NCBI GenBank assembly: GCA_964276515.1
Contig: OZ193909.1
Span: 19,034,001-19,098,000 of the forward strand
DNA from: Gordius albopunctatus
Lineage: Eukaryota
Reading direction: 5' to 3'
DNA length: 64,000 nt
Part shown: positions 57,671-64,000 of the stretch, in pieces
Position numbering within the stretch: position 1 is the stretch's first letter
Layout of the letters: each line of letters opens with the position of its first letter
Notes under the pieces: generated by a model
What the model saw: the letters and a program-made list of their open reading frames with translations, nothing else
Database searches by the model: none
Told to the model about the DNA's origin: nothing
Made by a program: the position numbers and the translations under genes

Positions 57671-58574
57671 ATTGTTTTTAAGTAAAGGCTGAAAATTCAA
57701 AATGCTCCTCCCAAAATCATTATAAAATACGGAACCAAATTCTTGAATATTTGGCGATCAAAAAACGCCTATTGCTGAAGTGTTTTAAATCAGTGGTTCT
57801 TAACTGTTGTATACTGCAACTGCACCATGCGCGTTTATTCAAATCATGTTTATTCAAATGATATTCATTATCAAGTCACTATCACGCAATCACCCCACCA
57901 TCACGCGATCTGACCCTATATATACAAAATCTCTATTACTTATTTAGACTTTTACGTGTTTGGTAGTTAAGATTCCAAAATAAATAGATTAAGTCTCATC
58001 AAATGGCGCGGTCGACTTATTCCCTTACTTTCCACCCATATAGTCCTTCTGATAATATTGACCTGTATATTTCGCAATTTAATCATTGTCATCTAGTAGT
58101 TTGGCTGCGATAAGAAATCCCTTTTCTTGACGGTATGCGGGTCGGATAATTACGAACTACTGATCAATCTTCTTTCTCCTTCGGACCCGTTACAAAAGAC
58201 GTTCGATGAAATAGTGTCCACCTTGAAAAGTTTTTTCGCTCCCTCTCTGAGTGCTATTGTCCACAGATATAAATTCCACAAATGCGTACAAATAGAAGGT
58301 GAAAATATCGATGCCTTTGCTGCTAAACTGAAAGGTATATCTATCAATTGCAACTTTGGAGCCTCTCTCGAAGAAAATCTAAGGGATCGGTTCGTTGCGA
58401 GGTTACATAATAATAAGATTGTGGAGCGACTATTGATTATAGATAATCTGACATGGCAAGGGCATTAGATATTGCGAGATCAATGGAACGGGCAAGATTC
58501 CAAAGCCATATGTTGACCCAACAATTGGAACCCGTTCATACAGTGACTAACAAACACCCAACATCAAATATGAA

Positions 58575-60485
58575 ATGTTTCGCTTCAATTGTAAATTCCG
58601 TTTTGCGACGTGTTATAAATGTCATACCCAAGGCCATATCGGAAAGATATGCCGTGTCAAACAGGTTTCTTCATTAGATTATTTCCATTTAAAAGACTCG
58701 TTGCGGCCATGCTATGCTTTGAAGGTAAATGACCGTATTTTAAATTTTGAAATTGACACCGGTTCAGCAGTCACCTTTAATTCTCTCAATGGGGCCCACC
58801 TTACAACTCAACCGTGTTGTACCGAGTTAAAAGGTTATGATGGTTTGTCTATACCGCTAAAGGTATCGGCAAGAGTAATCGTGCAAGAAGAGGACACAAC
58901 CCACCAACTCTTGCTTTACGTCGCTGATGGGAACGGGCAAAACATTTTGGGAAGAGACTGGTTAAGGATATTTCCACACATATTGCGTCAGCTAGCTGAG
59001 GATTGGGAGCAAAACAAACCCTTCCAACGATACGAGATTAACCATACCAACGATGATGTTGTAACCAATAATATTATTAAAAAGTATCCGGTATTGTTTG
59101 AAAATAAATTGGGAGGGGTAATCGGGTATGAAGCAAAGCTTAAATTAAAAGATGAGTTGTGTCCACGGTTTTTCCGCCCTAGACCTATTCCCTATATGTT
59201 AAAACCTAAAATTGACGAAGAATTAGATAGGTTCGTTAAAGAAGGTATCTTAAAACCAATAAAATATGCTGAACATGCTGCTCCTATTGTAACTGTTATT
59301 AAAAATAACGGAAGCATCCGTATTTGCGGCGACTTCCGTGATTTAAACAAGCACCTCTTAATTGAAAAATATCCTTTGCCACGAATTCAAGATATATTTG
59401 CTCAACTAGGCGGTTTTAAATATTTTAGCGTTTTGGACCTCAAGGATGCCTATTTCCAAATAAAGGTTAACGAAAATTCTCAAAACCTGTTAGCAATTAA
59501 TACGCATAGGGGCCTTTTTAAATATACTAAATTACCTTTTGGCATGGCCTCGGTCCCAGCTATTTTTCAAAGATTTATGGATTCATTATTTAGAAATAAT
59601 AAGGGAATAGTAGTTTACCTAGATGACATTATCATAGCTGGTAAGACAGTAGAGGACCATAATCAAAAATTGGAAAAGGTTTTTAAAGAATTGGAAAAAA
59701 CAGGGCTAAAACTAAAATTAGGCAAGTGTAAATTTTTGGAAAAAAAAGTGGAATATTTAGGACATACCATTAGTAAAGACGGAATTTTTACCACTGACAA
59801 GAATAGTAAAGCAATTTTAGCAGCACCAGCCCCAACTAAAATAAAAGAATTACAATCTTTTTTAGGTATGGCAACATACTACGCGAAATTCATCAAAAAT
59901 TTCTCTTCTTTAGCACAACCTCTTTATAAACTGCTAAGGAAAACAGTAGCTTGGAATTGGTCCATAGACTGTACAAATGCATTCAATGACATTAAAAAAG
60001 CCATTATCAAGGCCCCGATATTAAAACATTTTGACCCCGAGTTACCGCTAATACTCTCAACGAATGCTTCATCTGAGGGACTCGGCGCAGTACTTTCCCA
60101 CGAAATTAAAGGTTATCAGCATCCTATTGCTTTTGCGTCCCGCACCCTTAACGCTGCTGAAAGAAATTATAGCCAAATTGAAAAAGAAGCTTTAGCCATC
60201 ATTTATGCTTTTAATAAATTTAAGGAATATTTATATGGCCTCCATTTTACCTTACTTACAGATCACAAACCATTAATATCAATATTCAACCCGAATAAAA
60301 ACATATCACAAGGCATGTCAGCAAGACTTCAGAAATGGACCTTGTTAACAACACCTTATCATTATACCATAAAATACAAAATTGGGAAGGAAAATACACA
60401 AGCTGATATGTTATCCAGGCTTCCGATACAATCTGATCCAACTTTTCCCCATTACATCCGCCGACATAGAGCGTCATACTCGTAA
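58575..60485 (+). CDS. Gypsy gag zinc knuckle-protease-reverse transcriptase-RNase H (frameshifted at both ends)
   Basis: ORF track: FEIDTGSA, LDLKDAYFQ, LPFG, VYLDDII, LSTNAS, NYSQIEKEALAI, TDHKPL. Confidence 0.85.
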   Translation: MFRFNCKFRFATCYKCHTQGHIGKICRVKQVSSLDYFHLKDSLRPCYALKVNDRILNFEIDTGSAVTFNSLNGAHLTTQPCCTELKGYDGLSIPLKVSARVIVQEEDTTHQLLLYVADGNGQNILGRDWLRIFPHILRQLAEDWEQNKPFQRYEINHTNDDVVTNNIIKKYPVLFENKLGGVIGYEAKLKLKDELCPRFFRPRPIPYMLKPKIDEELDRFVKEGILKPIKYAEHAAPIVTVIKNNGSIRICGDFRDLNKHLLIEKYPLPRIQDIFAQLGGFKYFSVLDLKDAYFQIKVNENSQNLLAINTHRGLFKYTKLPFGMASVPAIFQRFMDSLFRNNKGIVVYLDDIIIAGKTVEDHNQKLEKVFKELEKTGLKLKLGKCKFLEKKVEYLGHTISKDGIFTTDKNSKAILAAPAPTKIKELQSFLGMATYYAKFIKNFSSLAQPLYKLLRKTVAWNWSIDCTNAFNDIKKAIIKAPILKHFDPELPLILSTNASSEGLGAVLSHEIKGYQHPIAFASRTLNAAERNYSQIEKEALAIIYAFNKFKEYLYGLHFTLLTDHKPLISIFNPNKNISQGMSARLQKWTLLTTPYHYTIKYKIGKENTQADMLSRLPIQSDPTFPHYIRRHRASYS

Positions 60486-61374
60486 AGATCCTATCCTGGG
60501 ACAAGTCTATAACTATGTACTCCATGGCTGGCCGAAGAAAGTTACTCCAGATCTAGTAGTTTACCAACAACGGCAAAGAGAACTCACCACCTTAAAAGGC
60601 TGCATATTTTGGGGATACAGAATTATTATTCCTCAAGGATTAAGGCAAACCATTTTGAAACTAATCCACTTAGGACACCCAGGCATGAGTCGCTCAAAAA
60701 TTTTGGCTCGTCAACATCTCTGGTATCCAGGTATTGATAAAGATATAGAAGGTTATGTTCAAAACTGTGCGGATTGTCAACAATGGTTTACTGGCACAAC
60801 CGAATTGGCAACGCAAAAATGGGAAAACCCGGGAAAACCATGGTCTAGATTACATGCCGATTTTTGCGGACCAATTAATGGGTATTATTACCTAATTGTA
60901 ATTGACGCCTACAGTAAATGGCCCGAGGTGATCCCTATGACAACGATAACAACCACTATTAACGCTCTCGAAGCTATTTCCTCAAGGTTCGGAGTACCTA
61001 GCACCCTGGCTACAGACAATGGGCCTCAATTTACAAGCACCGAATTTAAAACATACTGCAAAACAAATAACATTCGTAACGCATATTCCAACCCGTATCA
61101 TCCTCGATCCAACGGAGAAGCTGAACGTTTTGTTCGAACATTTAAGGAGTTCTTGAACAAAACTAAAAATTTTAAAAACGATAAATTATATAACTTTCTG
61201 TTTTCTCATAGGAATACCATTCACCCAACAACTGGATTAACTCCAGCCAATCTATTAATCAAAATACAACCAATCGGTCCATTAAATTTACTCAAACCAC
61301 ATGTAACTGGTCTTGACAAAGACGAGTTGGCACCCATCAAACGGAAATTTATAATTGGAGATAGTGTGGGTTAG
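60382..61374 (+). CDS. Gypsy integrase (separated from the RT frame by a frameshift near 60450; premature stop)
   Basis: HHCC zinc motif and DDE core (RLHADFCGP, IDAYSKWPEV, TDNGPQFTS, PYHPRSNGEAERFVRTFK). Confidence 0.85.
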   Translation: MGRKIHKLICYPGFRYNLIQLFPITSADIERHTRKDPILGQVYNYVLHGWPKKVTPDLVVYQQRQRELTTLKGCIFWGYRIIIPQGLRQTILKLIHLGHPGMSRSKILARQHLWYPGIDKDIEGYVQNCADCQQWFTGTTELATQKWENPGKPWSRLHADFCGPINGYYYLIVIDAYSKWPEVIPMTTITTTINALEAISSRFGVPSTLATDNGPQFTSTEFKTYCKTNNIRNAYSNPYHPRSNGEAERFVRTFKEFLNKTKNFKNDKLYNFLFSHRNTIHPTTGLTPANLLIKIQPIGPLNLLKPHVTGLDKDELAPIKRKFIIGDSVG

Positions 61375-62440
61375 AACTTTCATAACTAATGATAAATTAT
61401 GGGCAATCTTAAGCCCTGTATCGTATCGTACATGGTAGAAATGGATAATGGAGCATTATGCAAGAGACATGGTGATCATATTAGAAAATCTTTAGATGAC
61501 GCAAACACGCTAAACGATGAGGATCGATGGGCTGACATTTCACACGCAATACCGGGTGATCTACCACAACATGAACCCAGTGATTTACTTGACGCCACCA
61601 TCCCGCAACACCCTAACCTACCACATGATGAAGCTAGCGATAATATGCTAGTTTCCATTCCACCCCTGCCCTCACCTCTACCCCCTCGTCTCGTACGGAC
61701 TCCCCTCATTCACCTATACCCTCACCCGACGAGATAACGGTCCGGCGATCTACACGAATCCGAAAACCTATAGAAAGATACGGAATAACTTAAGGGGGTA
61801 GGAGATGTTGTATACTGCAACTGCACCATGCGCGTTTATTCAAATTATGTTTATTCAAATGATATTCATTATCAAGTCACTATCACGCAATCACCCCACC
61901 ATCACGCGATCACGCAATCACCCACCATCACGCGATCACGCGATCACCCTACCATCACGCGATCTGACCCTATATATACAAAATCTCTATTACTTATTTA
62001 GACCTTTACGTGTTTGGTAGTTAAGATTCCAAAATAAATAGATTAAGTCTCATCATTAACCTTTTTATACACGCGGCCACCCCCAAATATTTTTTAATTT
62101 TTTTGCGGCCACCCATTTTTCCATAATAATTTATATTTTTGTTAAATTATCTATAATTGATTGATTTTCTATTATTGTTTCATTTTATTATATAATAAAC
62201 ATAAAACAGAAGCAAATCATATTTTTAGATGGTTACTAACTAAATGCATACAAAATTCCGTCGTTTTGTATTTGCTATGTTTAAAAATGATTGGAAATAA
62301 GCAAAAAGATTAAACATTTTGCTAAAATATATGGCATGATTTGTTATCTGATTTAAACTTATAATTTGTTTATTTTTGGCTTTAAAAAAATCATAAAATT
62401 GCAGAAAATTTTGCAGCTATGCCGAAAGGGTGTCGCTTAA

Positions 62441-64000
62441 CACCACCTCAATTTAATAACAATAAATTATAGCAATTAATAGACATAAAATAGCCCTCCA
62501 TCGTACCTATAGAAATTACTCTCCCAGAATGACTTATGGGGTCTAATAGACCCCAATCTTAAAATGATCGTAGCTTTGATACCATTAAAGAAAAAGTTCT
62601 CTAATTTTAAATATAAGTTTATTAAAGCCTCTTGTAGGTTTGTAGAAAAAAAAATTTGGATTATAAATATTAATTTAAAAATTATATGCAATTTACTAAA
62701 CATGAAGAAAATTCATAAAATATAAAGTGACATGTTTTATTTTTGTCACAGATTCTAAACAATTTGTCAAAAATATAAAAAGTAAATGTTTTTTATTAAA
62801 AGAAGGTTTAAAAAATATAAAAAACATAATTTCACGATAAAATGATTATACAGAAAAAAAATAGAAGACTTTAAAAATAGGTGTTTTATTTTTCGTTTTT
62901 TCACTGCATTTTTCACACAACATTACAATGTGACTAGAACAGAGCGGGTTTTGACAAGAATTGCACACAAATCTTGTTTTTACATCTCGGTTGCGGGGGC
63001 AACTGGAACATCTTCGTTTTTTATCAGATCTTGGTTCGGGATTCTCTTCAACGTTCGTTGTACAATCGTTTAATGAATTCCCTTGTATCTTTATGGAGCT
63101 GTTTGTTATTCAACCTGTTTACCATATGTATTTTGGAGAGTTCTCTGGTCAACATTTTTATAAATTTTTGCCTTGACATGCGAATTTGATGGTTAAACTG
63201 ATAAAATAGCATAGAATTTATGGTTCCGATATTTAGTAAGGTGGAAAAAACAGTAAGGGGCCAGCGATTGGACACCCTTGCAACATTATAGGATGCACAA
63301 AGTTGATCCACTATATCAACTCCCCCTTTAGTCATGTTGTAAAAGGTGATTATTTCTGGTTTTTGAGCAGTCCCAGATTCTGGGTCAATTTTTTGGTCAT
63401 AATGGAGAGATATTTGATTTTTTATACCATATAAATATTTGGTTTTAGCCAATTCTGCATTTATTGTTTCTGGGCCTTCATCTAAATCACTTTCAATATC
63501 ACTCTCAATTAAATCATCTTCTTCACTTGATGATAACACAAAGTCATCTAACTAATTGTAACATTATAATTTTATTATTACCATCTGAGTCAGAACAGGA
63601 ACTAGAAGATTTTAAACAATCGTATATTGCCCATTTCATAACAGCTGATTACAAAAATTACTAAAAATAGCTCCACATGAACATGAATAATTGTCAATAA
63701 TTAATAATTTGTGTAGCGATATTCATTTCAAATGTTATATACATGTTTAAATTACTATTTTTAAGTAAAAAAATGAAAATTTTTTTTTGGCCAAAACAAA
63801 AAAACTTTCTTAACTTCCCTTATGGGGTCTATTGGACCCCAAACGCTTATATCTCAAAAAGTATTGGAGTAAATCGAATGAAATTTTCAGGTAATGTAGC
63901 TTTTGTATATTTAGAAAAACTCTAAAAAAACCAGATCTCTAAATCTTAAACTGTTTAAGTGGTGTTAAATTATAACTTTCGTGGGGTCTGTCAGACCCCA
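62441..64000 (-). mobile_element. Internally deleted piggyBac element
   Basis: ORF 63048..63539 joins an acidic N-terminus to KPEIITFYNMTKGGVDIVDQLCASY...RWPL. Downstream, after a frameshift, is the Cys-rich tail RRCSSCPRNRDVKTRFVCNSCQNPLCSSH...LCEKC. The palindrome tggggtc-N-gacccca occurs at about 62537, 63823 and 63983, and TTAA|CACCAC at 62437. The right boundary is uncertain. Confidence 0.8.

Larger units (their letters stand above)
57805..62055 (+). mobile_element. Full-length Ty3/Gypsy LTR retrotransposon (Mag-like), coding region disrupted
   Basis: LTRs TG...CA at 57805-58001 and 61806-62055; 5-bp TSD TTAAC; PBS TGGCGCGGTCG (tRNA-Ser-like) at 58004; PPT aagggggtaggaga. Gag with CCHC (CYKCHTQGHIGKIC), protease IDTGS, RT YLDD, RNase H, integrase (HLGH...CADC; HADF, TDNGPQF, NGEAER), in the order PR-RT-RH-IN. 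Confidence 0.96.
57791..62130 (+). mobile_element. Left end of a Charlie/hAT-like element split by the Gypsy insertion
   Basis: Removing the Gypsy element and one TTAAC copy gives CAGTGGTTCTTAACCTTTTT...gcggccaccc, a typical hAT terminus. The right end was not found. Confidence 0.5.

Noticed and set aside
61880..61965. ATCACGC repeats resembling a spacer array
   Set aside because: Part of the Gypsy LTR; no unique spacers, and the context is eukaryotic.

Overview
AT-rich eukaryotic (invertebrate animal) genomic DNA with spliced genes and dense transposon debris; no prokaryotic features. I can reconstruct five protein-coding genes by hand with GT-AG introns: eIF3b (minus, runs off the left edge), an uncharacterised signal peptide-LDLa-EGF-TM receptor-like gene (minus, about 493 aa), PDCD10/CCM3 (minus, intronless CDS, apparently nested on the same strand in intron 1 of that gene), UBE3B (plus) and transketolase (minus). 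Mobile DNA includes a full-length but disrupted Mag-type Gypsy element, a small LTR element with a tRNA-Trp primer site inside a CRE-like non-LTR element, RTE fragments, two piggyBac relics and many hAT, Harbinger and piggyBac MITEs, often nested. The most striking pattern is a two-compartment gene architecture: the 5' part of each housekeeping gene is CpG-poor (and, in eIF3b and TKT, free of recognisable transposons and full of 33-59 nt introns), while downstream exons are CpG-rich and sit among long TE-filled introns. Gene names come from my recognition of conserved motifs, not database searches, and all counts are by hand.
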